Positions 10,836 through 19,675 of a stretch of 64,000 nt of DNA are shown in pieces. This DNA is from an uncultured bacterium (GTDB lineage: Bacteria > Acidobacteriota > HRBIN11 > JAKEFK01), in the NCBI GenBank assembly GCA_963777505.1, contig CAVZQN010000006.1, forward strand, positions 224,001-288,000, read 5' to 3'. Within the stretch, counting starts at the first letter, position 1; every line of letters starts with the position of its first letter. Below the pieces are notes generated by a model, which saw only the letters and a list, made by a program, of their open reading frames with translations, had not been told where the DNA came from and ran no database searches. The position numbers were made by a program, and so were the translations under genes.

Positions 10836-11961
10836 TTCTCCAATCGCCTCCAGTAAAACGCTTCAACGTTCTTATTCTACTACTCTGACAAAACTCCGGA
10901 ATCATGTTACGTCCCGTTGTTAACAATTCATAAAGCCACCGTGCTCCTTCCATTGCGTAACTGTGTCCTAATCCGCAAAGTCCTGCCAAAATATAACAAC
11001 CAGGACGTTCCAGTTTTCCGATGAATGGAAATCCATCTACAGTAAATGCCATCGTGCTGCACCATGTTTTCAATGGTTGCATTGTGCTGAACAATTCCTG
11101 ATTCATAAAATTTCGAATCCATTCAATTTGAACATTTAAGATCGCCGGTGAGATTTCGGACGTAACTCCGATTTCATCTTCAGGTACGTGATATTCCAAT
11201 CCGCCAAACCTGAGTGCATCAGCACGAAAATTCCAATATATATCGCCATAGTTCATGATTACAGGTTTTTCTGTCGGTGCTATATTTTTCAAACTAAGCT
11301 CCAGCATTTGACCACGCAAGGGAATATACAAGCCGTCAAGCTCAGGAAGAAGCGGCGCAGAAAAAGCATTCAAACAAAAGATAATATTTTCAGCTTCAAA
11401 CAACCCTTTCGATGTTCGAAGCTGAATCGATGACGAACGTTCGATAATTTCCAACACTTCGCATTGCAGGCGCTTTGGAAGATCTTCCGCGAGACTGCTC
11501 CAGAATCTTACAGAATCGATTAAAGCATCGGAATGATTGATTAAAGCGGCAGTTTTTGCCTTCAGTCCTACATCCAAATCATCGACCCAATCAACATTAA
11601 ATTGATCTTCTTTCAATAAGTGATAGCTATCTTTTAAATCCTGAAATTCCGTTTCGTTGAAGGGAAGGGAGAGACTTCCTGTTTGGTTGTAGTCACAATT
11701 AAAATTCTTTGCGATTTCACGAATCCTGGAATGACTTTGGAGATGAATGTTCTGAATTTCGCGTGCGCGTTGGCGTCCAAGTCGCGCTACAGTCTTTACG
11801 TAATGTTCACCAAAGCCGGAAATTATGAAGCCAGCATTATTTTTTGTAGCACCAGAAAGTAGATTTTCGCGCTCTAGAATCAGAATATTTTTCTTGCGAA
11901 AAAAATGTCCGACTGAAATTCCGGACATTCCTCCGCCAACGATGAGGAGATCGTAGATCAT
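10801..11961 (-). CDS. FAD-dependent oxidoreductase (DAO/PuuB-like)
   Basis: IVGGGMSG dinucleotide motif; SGATKNNAGF; DGFPFIG; GLCGLG. Confidence 0.85.
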   Translation of the reverse strand: MIYDLLIVGGGMSGISVGHFFRKKNILILERENLLSGATKNNAGFIISGFGEHYVKTVARLGRQRAREIQNIHLQSHSRIREIAKNFNCDYNQTGSLSLPFNETEFQDLKDSYHLLKEDQFNVDWVDDLDVGLKAKTAALINHSDALIDSVRFWSSLAEDLPKRLQCEVLEIIERSSSIQLRTSKGLFEAENIIFCLNAFSAPLLPELDGLYIPLRGQMLELSLKNIAPTEKPVIMNYGDIYWNFRADALRFGGLEYHVPEDEIGVTSEISPAILNVQIEWIRNFMNQELFSTMQPLKTWCSTMAFTVDGFPFIGKLERPGCYILAGLCGLGHSYAMEGARWLYELLTTGRNMIPEFCQSSRIRTLKRFTGGDWRNEYEAWNHGIH

Positions 11962-12581
11962 GAATCTAATAGAAGAGGATCATGAATACCCAGTGCCTGA
12001 AATGCTTCCGCGCGTTCGATGCAGCTGACACACTTTTCACAAGGCCGGGATCCATCCCAGTAACAGCTCCATGTATATTCAAAAGGAACTTTCCATTCCA
12101 TCGCTTTTTTCATCACTTGTGTCTTTGTCATTTCTGCGAGCGGTAATTCAATCAGTACTTTTCGGGCAAGTAAAGCTTGATTGATCAATTGTGATAGCTG
12201 TTCAAAAAACTTTGTGGAAGCATCAGGAAACGATTCTGAGTCCACCTTGATATGACCTCCGATGATTGCATCACAAGAATGAATCTCAGCATAATGTGCG
12301 GCGATTGAATAAAAAATCATATTTCTATTCGGAACATATCCTTCTGGTACAGATTCAGTAAAAGTTTCGGTATCCGTCGCTTCCCGCAAAAATCCAATCG
12401 GCACTTCAATTAATGACGCTGGAAAAACTTGAAGCAGCCGGTACACCGCAAGACGTTCACGAAACGGGCGCAAGTGATAATCAAAAGTAATTGCCGCTAC
12501 TTCAGCGTAATTCTGTTTCGACCAGGCAAGAGTGGTTGCCGAATCGATTCCACCAGAAAGCATAACGAGTGCGCGACTCAT
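11958..12581 (-). CDS. queC: 7-cyano-7-deazaguanine synthase QueC
   Basis: Starts MSRALVMLSGGIDS at 12581; YVPNRNMIF; Zn motif TWSCY...PCEKCVSC. Confidence 0.88.
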   Translation of the reverse strand: MSRALVMLSGGIDSATTLAWSKQNYAEVAAITFDYHLRPFRERLAVYRLLQVFPASLIEVPIGFLREATDTETFTESVPEGYVPNRNMIFYSIAAHYAEIHSCDAIIGGHIKVDSESFPDASTKFFEQLSQLINQALLARKVLIELPLAEMTKTQVMKKAMEWKVPFEYTWSCYWDGSRPCEKCVSCIERAEAFQALGIHDPLLLDS

Positions 12582-12591
12582 AGATGAAAGA

Positions 12592-12659
12592 GAGAATAGA
12601 GGATAGAGGATTGAGAATGGCAGGAGCTCGCTATCTTCTATCCTCAATTCTCTATTCTC
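12592..12659. repeat. Inverted array of 7-bp units
   Basis: GAGAATA GAGGATA GAGGATT GAGAATG ... TATCTTC TATCCTC AATTCTC TATTCTC. Confidence 0.7.
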
Positions 12660-13413
12660 ATAAATTAAGGATGCCGCCATCGATCGCGATTGTTTGGCCT
12701 GTGATAAAAGTACAGGTTGGGGATGCAAGGAAGGCGACAAGCTCCGCGACTTCTTCCGGCGTGCCAATCCGTTTCAGCAATGATTCAGATGCAATCGCTT
12801 CGACATCTTGAGGCGTAAGCTTCCATTTTTCAATCCAATCCGTGCGAATAGATCCTGGCGCAACAGCATTCACTTGAACGTAGGGTGCAAAAGCATGCGC
12901 CAATGTGCGAGTCACACCAACGATCGCACTTTTTGCTGCTGTATATAGATAGGTAGGAACGTCGCCCCACAAAGCTGCACTTGAAGAGAAATTAATAATC
13001 TTTCCGAACTTTTGCGGTTCCATGATTTTGAAAGCTTCGTGACAACACAACATTGTCCCTTTCAAATCGACTTGAATTGTCTTTTCCCATTCTTCCCAAT
13101 TGAACTCTGTGGGTTTTACATTCCAACCTACAGGAGAAGAATAGGAGGCGTTATTGACAAGCACATCAAGCCGTCCAAATTCCTTTTTGCAAAGTTCAAA
13201 CAACTGGCGAACCTGATGCTCTTTACTAACATCAACATTCAATACAAACGCTCTTCCGCGCGCCGAAATTTCATCAGCAAGTTCAACGGCTGACTGTTTT
13301 GAGCGATTGTAGGTCAGTAACACATCGTAATTTATTTTCGAAAAATGCCTGACAATTGCAGCACCAATCCCGCGTGCTCCGCCGGTTACGATAACGACAG
13401 GTCGTCCAGGCAT
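12658..13413 (-). CDS. SDR family oxidoreductase (FabG-like)
   Basis: TGGARGIG, LVNNA, YTAAK, VNAVAPG. Confidence 0.9.
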   Translation of the reverse strand: MPGRPVVIVTGGARGIGAAIVRHFSKINYDVLLTYNRSKQSAVELADEISARGRAFVLNVDVSKEHQVRQLFELCKKEFGRLDVLVNNASYSSPVGWNVKPTEFNWEEWEKTIQVDLKGTMLCCHEAFKIMEPQKFGKIINFSSSAALWGDVPTYLYTAAKSAIVGVTRTLAHAFAPYVQVNAVAPGSIRTDWIEKWKLTPQDVEAIASESLLKRIGTPEEVAELVAFLASPTCTFITGQTIAIDGGILNL

Positions 13414-13433
13414 ATTTGAAAGTTACAGGGAAA

Positions 13434-14396
13434 TTACGAATGTGACAAGACTACAGACGTTTTCACAAGCTGTTCAGCAGCACGAATGACTTCTTGAGTT
13501 GAAATCGTTTCAATACAAAATGGCTTCTGATTCGATGATGGCTCACATTCGTGAAAAAAATTCTGATGGCACGGTGAACAAGGAAAGTTGTGATAAATAA
13601 CTTGCGAAGGGCTGATCTCCCGTGGTCCTGTAACACGAGGATCACCAGGTCCGTAAATACCAACTACGGATGCTCCGCACTGTTGCGCCAGATGCAGTGG
13701 CCCTGAATCATTTCCAATAAAAAGAGAGCAACGCTTCAAAAGTGCTGCTAGCTCAGTAAGAGGTGGACTCACGCGGGTTAAAAAACCGGAATCTGGCAGT
13801 TTTTCTCCAGAGACAATCACAATTTCCCAACCTTCTTTCTTGAAATGGTCAGCAACTTTGATGAAGCGATCCAAAGGCCAGGCTCGCTCCCGTTTTGAGG
13901 CGCCAGGATGAACGACTAGCAACGGCTCTCTTGCGGTTAAGGAAGGTTGAGGATATGTGCGGGCCGGAACATCAAAAAGCTCCAGAAGCCTCAAATAATA
14001 TTCACTTTGATGAATTCGGATGGACGGCGGCTTGAGGCTCTTTGAAAGCAAAAACCCCCTATGCTCCGTGTCATACCCGAACAATCGGTTCACACCGGCA
14101 TATTTAAATATGAGTGCTGAACCGATAGAATTCGGCAAAAGTAAGCCCTCTTGGTAGTGGCCGATCCGCAAAATAGATTCACGATTCAGGTAAGGCCATT
14201 CGCCTGCTTCATATTCAACGATTTCGGAATTGGAAATTGGAAAGATTTCGAATAGTTTTGCATGCTGGGAAGAGGTGCATAAGCCGATTCTCTTGTACCG
14301 AAATGACAAGGAATAAAGGAGATCAAAAGAGAATAGAATATCTCCCATCCAGTTCGGCAACTTTATGATTAGAGACGACATATTGGGCAGGGTCAT
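13434..14396 (-). CDS. Glycosyltransferase family 9 (LPS heptosyltransferase-like)
   Basis: PNWMGD; HPGAS..RAWP; FIGNDSGPLHLA. Confidence 0.88.
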   Translation of the reverse strand: MTLPNMSSLIIKLPNWMGDILFSFDLLYSLSFRYKRIGLCTSSQHAKLFEIFPISNSEIVEYEAGEWPYLNRESILRIGHYQEGLLLPNSIGSALIFKYAGVNRLFGYDTEHRGFLLSKSLKPPSIRIHQSEYYLRLLELFDVPARTYPQPSLTAREPLLVVHPGASKRERAWPLDRFIKVADHFKKEGWEIVIVSGEKLPDSGFLTRVSPPLTELAALLKRCSLFIGNDSGPLHLAQQCGASVVGIYGPGDPRVTGPREISPSQVIYHNFPCSPCHQNFFHECEPSSNQKPFCIETISTQEVIRAAEQLVKTSVVLSHS

Positions 14397-14409
14397 TATG
14401 ACACTGGTG

Positions 14410-14439
14410 TTGCAAAAAGTGGAACCAGCACTGTATAAT
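14410..14439 (+). promoter_or_regulatory. sigma70-type promoter of rpsO-pnp
   Basis: TTGCAA-N18-TATAAT upstream of RBS AAGGAG. Confidence 0.55.
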
Positions 14440-14476
14440 ACGGCTTCCCAAAAAGATTAAGGAGAATCGAACTGTC

Positions 14477-14743
14477 GTGTTGACGAAAGAAAGGAAAACT
14501 GAGATTATCACCTCGTTTAAAAGAGACGAGCGAGATACAGGCTCGCCGGAAGTGCAAATTGCGATCTTGACAGAGCGGATTAATTACCTGACTGAACATT
14601 TCAAGACCCACACTAAAGACCATCACTCCCGCCGTGGCCTTCTGAAGATGGTAAGCAAGCGTCGTCGTCTTCTGGATTTTCTAAAGGATGAAGACCATAC
14701 CCGTTATAGAGGCATCCTGAAGAAGCTCAATATCCGTAAATAA
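14477..14743 (+). CDS. rpsO: 30S ribosomal protein S15
   Basis: [13 protein letters not shown]...[13 protein letters not shown]; GTG start. Confidence 0.98.
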   Translation: MLTKERKTEIITSFKRDERDTGSPEVQIAILTERINYLTEHFKTHTKDHHSRRGLLKMVSKRRRLLDFLKDEDHTRYRGILKKLNIRK

Positions 14744-14799
14744 AAGTCACCTCGCATTTCACATACCCTAAGAATCAACAACAGCGGAGAATACTTTTT

Positions 14800-17055
14800 A
14801 TGGAACGACGTGTAGAAATTGAAGTGGGCGGTAAATCGCTCAAAATTGAAACCGGAAAATTAGCGAAACAAGCAGATGGTTCTGCATTAGTACAACTTGG
14901 CGACACGATAGTCCTCGTAACAGCTTGCTTCAACAGGAAGCCTACTGAAGGCCGCGATTTTTTGCCATTAACCTGTGATTATCGTGAAGCTACATATGCC
15001 GCAGGAAAAATTCCTGGAGGCTTTTTCAAACGTGAAGGAAAACCTACCGAAAAGGAGGTTTTGACGTCTCGTTTGATTGATCGCTCGATTCGCCCATTAT
15101 TTCCGGAAGGTTATTATCACGAAACTCAGGTCATCGCATCTGTTTTGTCAGCAGATCAGGAAAACGATCCTGATATGGCAGGATTTGTAGGAGCAAGCGT
15201 AGCTCTGTACCTCTCAGAATGTCCATTCAATAATCCGATCGGCGGCGTGCGCGTTGGATTAATCGATGATCAATTTGTAATCAATCCAACCAACTTGCAG
15301 CAAAAAGACAGCACGCTGGAGCTTGTTGTTGCCGGAACTGAAAGCGCAATTGTGATGGTTGAATGTTCGGCGAAGGAACTTTCTGAAGAGCGAATGATTG
15401 AAGCAATTTCATTCGGTCATGAAGCGATAAAGAAAATAATTGCTGGCATTCGTCAAATGTTTGCGACCCAGCCGTACGAAAAATTATCGGTTGTCCCGCC
15501 AGAATTGCCGGCGGATTTTGTTGCTTCCGTCAAATCACAATATGGTGCAAAAATAAGCGAAGCATTAAATACAAAAGGAAAGCTTGCTGGTTACAAAGCG
15601 ATTGGTGACTTGTTTGATAACGTGATCGAACAAATCCCTGAAGAAGAGGAAGAGCGCAGAACATTAACAAAGCGTGCACTTGAAAAAATAAAGGAAGAAC
15701 TCTTCCGCAACCAGGTAATTCATGAACGCAAACGTACCGATGGCCGCGGCTTTAAAGAAATCCGGCCGGTCACAATTGAAGTTGGATTGCTGCCCAGGAC
15801 TCATGGATCGGGGTTATTTACGCGCGGAGAAACTCAAGCACTTGCTACAGTAACTCTTGGTACTTCAGATGATGCACAAATCATCGATGAACTTGAAGGT
15901 GAATCTCTAAGAAGATTCATGCTTCATTACAATTTCCCGCCATTTTCAGTGGGTGAAGTCGGCTTTTTGCGCGCACCTTCACGCCGTGAAATTGGTCATG
16001 GCGCTCTTGCAGATAAAGCGCTGCGAGGCATGATCCCTTCTGCCGAAGAATTCCCTTACACAATCCGACTTGTTTCAGACATCCTTGAATCGAACGGATC
16101 TTCCTCAATGGCCACCGTATGCGGCGGAACCATGGCGCTTTTTGATGCAGGCGTTCCACTAAAAGCAGCTGTTGCAGGCGTTGCAATGGGACTTGTTATG
16201 GAAGGTTCGAATTACGCAATCCTAACCGATATACAAGGTGAAGAAGATCACACAGGCGATATGGATTTCAAAGTCGCCGGCACAAGCAATGGTCTTACAG
16301 CCTTACAAATGGATATAAAGATCGAAGGCATTTCGCGCGAGCTAATGTTGGAAGCATTATATCAAGCGAAGGAAGCAAGAGAATTTATTCTAGGCAAAAT
16401 GCAAGAAGTGCTTTCAGCACCGCGTCAAGAAATTTCAACATTTGCACCGCGTTTAATTTCATTGAAAATTCCTGTTTCAAAGATTCGCGATGTCATCGGA
16501 CCGGGTGGCAAAGTGATTCGCGGCATCATTGAACAAACCGGTGTAAAAATCGATGTTCAAGATGACGGCTCAGTAACAATTGCAAGTGTCGATGAATCAA
16601 TGGCGAAGAAGGCTCAGCAGATCGTTGAAAATCTAACTGCCGAAGCAGAACGCGGCCGTGAATATTTAGGAAAAGTTCAACGATTGGAAGAATACGGTGC
16701 ATTTGTTGAAATTCTTCCAGGTCAATCAGGCTTACTACATGTTTCTGAAATTGCACCATTCCGTGTTCGCGATGTGCGCGACTTCATTTCAGAAGGTCAG
16801 GAAATTATGGTACGTGTCATCGAAATTGCTGACAATGGAAAGATCCGATTAAGTCATAAAGAATTTGCATCGCCCACTCCACCGCCAGGATATTCAACAG
16901 ACCCAAGACCGCCACGCGAAGGCGGCGGTGAGAATCGTGGTGATTTCAGACGTGATGGCGAACGCCCACGGTATGGAGGTGGAGATCGTGATCGGATGCC
17001 TCGACGCTCAGCACCTGGCAGAAGTAGAGGACCTTCAAACCGTTTTGGTGAATAA
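14800..17055 (+). CDS. pnp: Polyribonucleotide nucleotidyltransferase
   Basis: Two RNase PH domains, KH (VIGPGGKVIR) and S1; follows rpsO. Confidence 0.98.
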   Translation: MERRVEIEVGGKSLKIETGKLAKQADGSALVQLGDTIVLVTACFNRKPTEGRDFLPLTCDYREATYAAGKIPGGFFKREGKPTEKEVLTSRLIDRSIRPLFPEGYYHETQVIASVLSADQENDPDMAGFVGASVALYLSECPFNNPIGGVRVGLIDDQFVINPTNLQQKDSTLELVVAGTESAIVMVECSAKELSEERMIEAISFGHEAIKKIIAGIRQMFATQPYEKLSVVPPELPADFVASVKSQYGAKISEALNTKGKLAGYKAIGDLFDNVIEQIPEEEEERRTLTKRALEKIKEELFRNQVIHERKRTDGRGFKEIRPVTIEVGLLPRTHGSGLFTRGETQALATVTLGTSDDAQIIDELEGESLRRFMLHYNFPPFSVGEVGFLRAPSRREIGHGALADKALRGMIPSAEEFPYTIRLVSDILESNGSSSMATVCGGTMALFDAGVPLKAAVAGVAMGLVMEGSNYAILTDIQGEEDHTGDMDFKVAGTSNGLTALQMDIKIEGISRELMLEALYQAKEAREFILGKMQEVLSAPRQEISTFAPRLISLKIPVSKIRDVIGPGGKVIRGIIEQTGVKIDVQDDGSVTIASVDESMAKKAQQIVENLTAEAERGREYLGKVQRLEEYGAFVEILPGQSGLLHVSEIAPFRVRDVRDFISEGQEIMVRVIEIADNGKIRLSHKEFASPTPPPGYSTDPRPPREGGGENRGDFRRDGERPRYGGGDRDRMPRRSAPGRSRGPSNRFGE

Positions 17056-17058
17056 ATA

Positions 17059-17078
17059 AGGGGAGTCATAACTCCCCT
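17059..17078 (+). terminator. Hairpin after pnp
   Basis: AGGGGAGT-CATA-ACTCCCCT. Confidence 0.5.
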
Positions 17079-17250
17079 ACAATCGCCGAATTTTTCCGCA
17101 TTTGGAACAATTTACGGTCATTCCTACAAGGACAATACTACCCTTATCCTACTATTTGACTTCCTGGCCCCTTCTCTGGTAGGCTGATTGGGGATTTTGG
17201 AGAGAGCTTTGGGGTCCTTAAAGCTCATCACAATCCAAAGAGGAGAGACT

Positions 17251-18660
17251 ATGAAAACGATTCTGGTATGCCTGGCGGCTGTCCTTGTTCTCGCCTCCGT
17301 ATCAAATATTTATGCTGTTACGGACGAGGAAATCTTTCGTGCATTCAGTTTGAATCTTTCTACACCCGGCGCTCGCGCGCGAGCTATGGGCGGTGCATTC
17401 ATAGGCCTTGCCGATGACGCAACGGCCGCTGAAACGAATCCAGCCGGACTCAGTCTGCTGGTTCGTCCAGAATTCTCACTGGAATACGGTTACGAAAATC
17501 CAAGATCTGTTACAAATAATATTGTTCAAATTCCAGTTTCTAACTTTGATCTGAATCCAACACCGATTACAAATCCGGATCCAGGTGGAGAGTTGGATTC
17601 TACAATCGCTGAATTTCATTCCAGTGACACATTAGATGCAGTGCATCAGATTGGTTTTATAAGTGTCGTTTATCCAATTGACTTTATCACTTTTGCTTTT
17701 TCGCGGCACGAATTGATCAAAACGGAAGCAAGTGTAGATGGCGGCGTTTCATCTAGCCCATTTCATTTTATCGAACCAAATAATTTTGTTGGCGAATCTG
17801 TAATCAAGCATACAAATTATGGATTTTCAATCGCAGCCAAACTGGGTGATCATTTGTCACTGGGTGGCAATATCAAAATCGCGGATTTTGAATTTAATTC
17901 AACAATTGCAGCGCGCCAAAAAGATCAACCTTTTCATGGCAACCATTTTGTGTCCACCATCAACTCCAATGAAACGAGTGTAGGATTTACAGCCGGAGTT
18001 CTGGTCCGCGCGAATTCAACAATTTCAATCGGAGCCGTGTACAGATACGAACCGGAATTCGAACTCGAAGCGTTTGTTGATAACGTAGATTTCGGCGGCA
18101 ACCCCCTTATCATTGCCCGAACAGGCGAATCGGAAAGCGATTTTGATGTGCCGGATTCATTCGGAGCCGGAGTATCGATTAAGCCAAATCCTAATTGGAA
18201 CATTAATTTCGACATCGTAAGGGTTTTGCATTCACAGTTGGAAAGCGTTGATACCGGCTATTCTCTTTTTACCCACCTGCTCCCGGTTATTGACAATGCA
18301 AACGAGATCGAATTTAACATCGAAGATGGAACTAACTTCCACGTAGGTGCAGAATATCTGCATACCGCCGATCAATGGATCGTAGCATTTCGCAGTGGAT
18401 ATTACCGCCAAGAGCCCAACAGATTCTTCCTGGCGCGTGCAACAAATCCCGAAATTGATACCTTCCTGCGCCCTATTTTTGGATCGGATCCTGGGAAAGA
18501 TCTTCATCATATTACTCTCGGAGCTGGTATGACCAAAGGGAATTTCCAGCTTGATTTCGCAGTTGATCTCAGCCCAAAGATCACCATAGATGAAAACACA
18601 ATTGAAAGTGCCGAGGATGGCACAGTAGATTTCATTCTTTCAACTGTCTTCAGATTCTAA
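17251..18660 (+). CDS. Outer-membrane beta-barrel, OmpP1/FadL family
   Basis: Signal peptide after AGGAG; GARARAMGGAFIGLADDATAAETNPAGL; C-terminal Phe. Confidence 0.85.
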   Translation: MKTILVCLAAVLVLASVSNIYAVTDEEIFRAFSLNLSTPGARARAMGGAFIGLADDATAAETNPAGLSLLVRPEFSLEYGYENPRSVTNNIVQIPVSNFDLNPTPITNPDPGGELDSTIAEFHSSDTLDAVHQIGFISVVYPIDFITFAFSRHELIKTEASVDGGVSSSPFHFIEPNNFVGESVIKHTNYGFSIAAKLGDHLSLGGNIKIADFEFNSTIAARQKDQPFHGNHFVSTINSNETSVGFTAGVLVRANSTISIGAVYRYEPEFELEAFVDNVDFGGNPLIIARTGESESDFDVPDSFGAGVSIKPNPNWNINFDIVRVLHSQLESVDTGYSLFTHLLPVIDNANEIEFNIEDGTNFHVGAEYLHTADQWIVAFRSGYYRQEPNRFFLARATNPEIDTFLRPIFGSDPGKDLHHITLGAGMTKGNFQLDFAVDLSPKITIDENTIESAEDGTVDFILSTVFRF

Positions 18661-18667
18661 AGCTGGA

Positions 18668-18692
18668 GGCGTCCGCCTCAAAGCGGACGCCT
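18668..18692 (+). terminator. Hairpin after FadL-like gene
   Basis: GGCGTCCGC-CTCAAA-GCGGACGCC. Confidence 0.55.
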
Positions 18693-18894
18693 TACTTGCT
18701 TCTCTTCCAGATGAAATAGATCATTCAAACCGTCTAGCCTCTCGTGGCAAACTTTTAGCTTCCTGACCCAGTTACAGCAATCTCTCCGAACCAGTGTATG
18801 TTCTCAGACTCTACCTTCATAGGGACATATCTCCGGTCACTCTGGCGCCTTGATCATGATATACTCACCGAGAAACTACATTAAAACGGAGCAT

Positions 18895-19164
18895 ATGATG
18901 GAATTAAAAGATTTCGAGGAATTTCTTGAGAGGAAAGGCCAATTAACGAGGATACAGGTCAACATTCTACGGAGCGACCTTGAGCTTCTGGCTAAGTATG
19001 CTGCCTATGTAACTAAGACTAAGAATAGTCGTCTAACCGTAGCTGATCTCTGCCAATTAGCGATCCGAGACTATGTTGATAAGCATAAGGACGATCTGAC
19101 TGACAAAATGATCGACTTCGAGTACGTTCCTCGAGGAAAAAGATCAAAGAAGGAACCTAAGTAA
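18895..19164 (+). CDS. Small ribbon-helix-helix-like DNA-binding protein
   Basis: Extended -10 (TGATATACT, about 18858), RBS GGAG; strand TRIQVNI followed by two helices (…TVADLCQLAIRDYVDKH). Confidence 0.5.
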   Translation: MMELKDFEEFLERKGQLTRIQVNILRSDLELLAKYAAYVTKTKNSRLTVADLCQLAIRDYVDKHKDDLTDKMIDFEYVPRGKRSKKEPK

Positions 19165-19675
19165 TCGACATAAGAGCCTGCTCTCTGCTGGCATTCACTG
19201 TATTCTCATATCAAATGTTGATCAAAAGTGTACATAAATTGAGTGTATTTGTGTACATATACTGAGAATTGCTTGATGTTTAGTGTTGTTGCTATTGCAT
19301 GAATTAAAGCATGATTGGAGAAATGTAAGTAGTCAGAATCGTCGACAAAGCTGGAAATCAGACTTACGAAATGTAGGTTTAATATTGTCCTCAATTTTCA
19401 AAATTCGCTTTTCCATCAAACACCATAATCACCAGTTTCGTCTTTTTGTCTCGAGTTATTACACCTCAAGGTCTAAGCAGCCTTGACACTATTAAAGGCG
19501 ATGAAATATGAGTTCTGTCATTACTGTGTTACCTCATTATTTGACCTTAGACGGCGATTTAATCCCATTCGGGAAATATCAATTGCGATTTTCAACGAAT
19601 GAGATTTAGACGATTGTGAAGCATCGATTTTGTAAAAGTTTAGCTTTCTTTAAGACGAAACACTATGAGGTTTTG

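Noticed and set aside
11958-12767. 269-aa QueC with long N-terminal extension
   Set aside because: The extension overlaps the SDR gene and the heptamer repeat; homology starts at ATG 12581.
19165-19675. Replication origin or dif site
   Set aside because: No TTATCCACA DnaA boxes or recognisable XerC/D site were found by eye.
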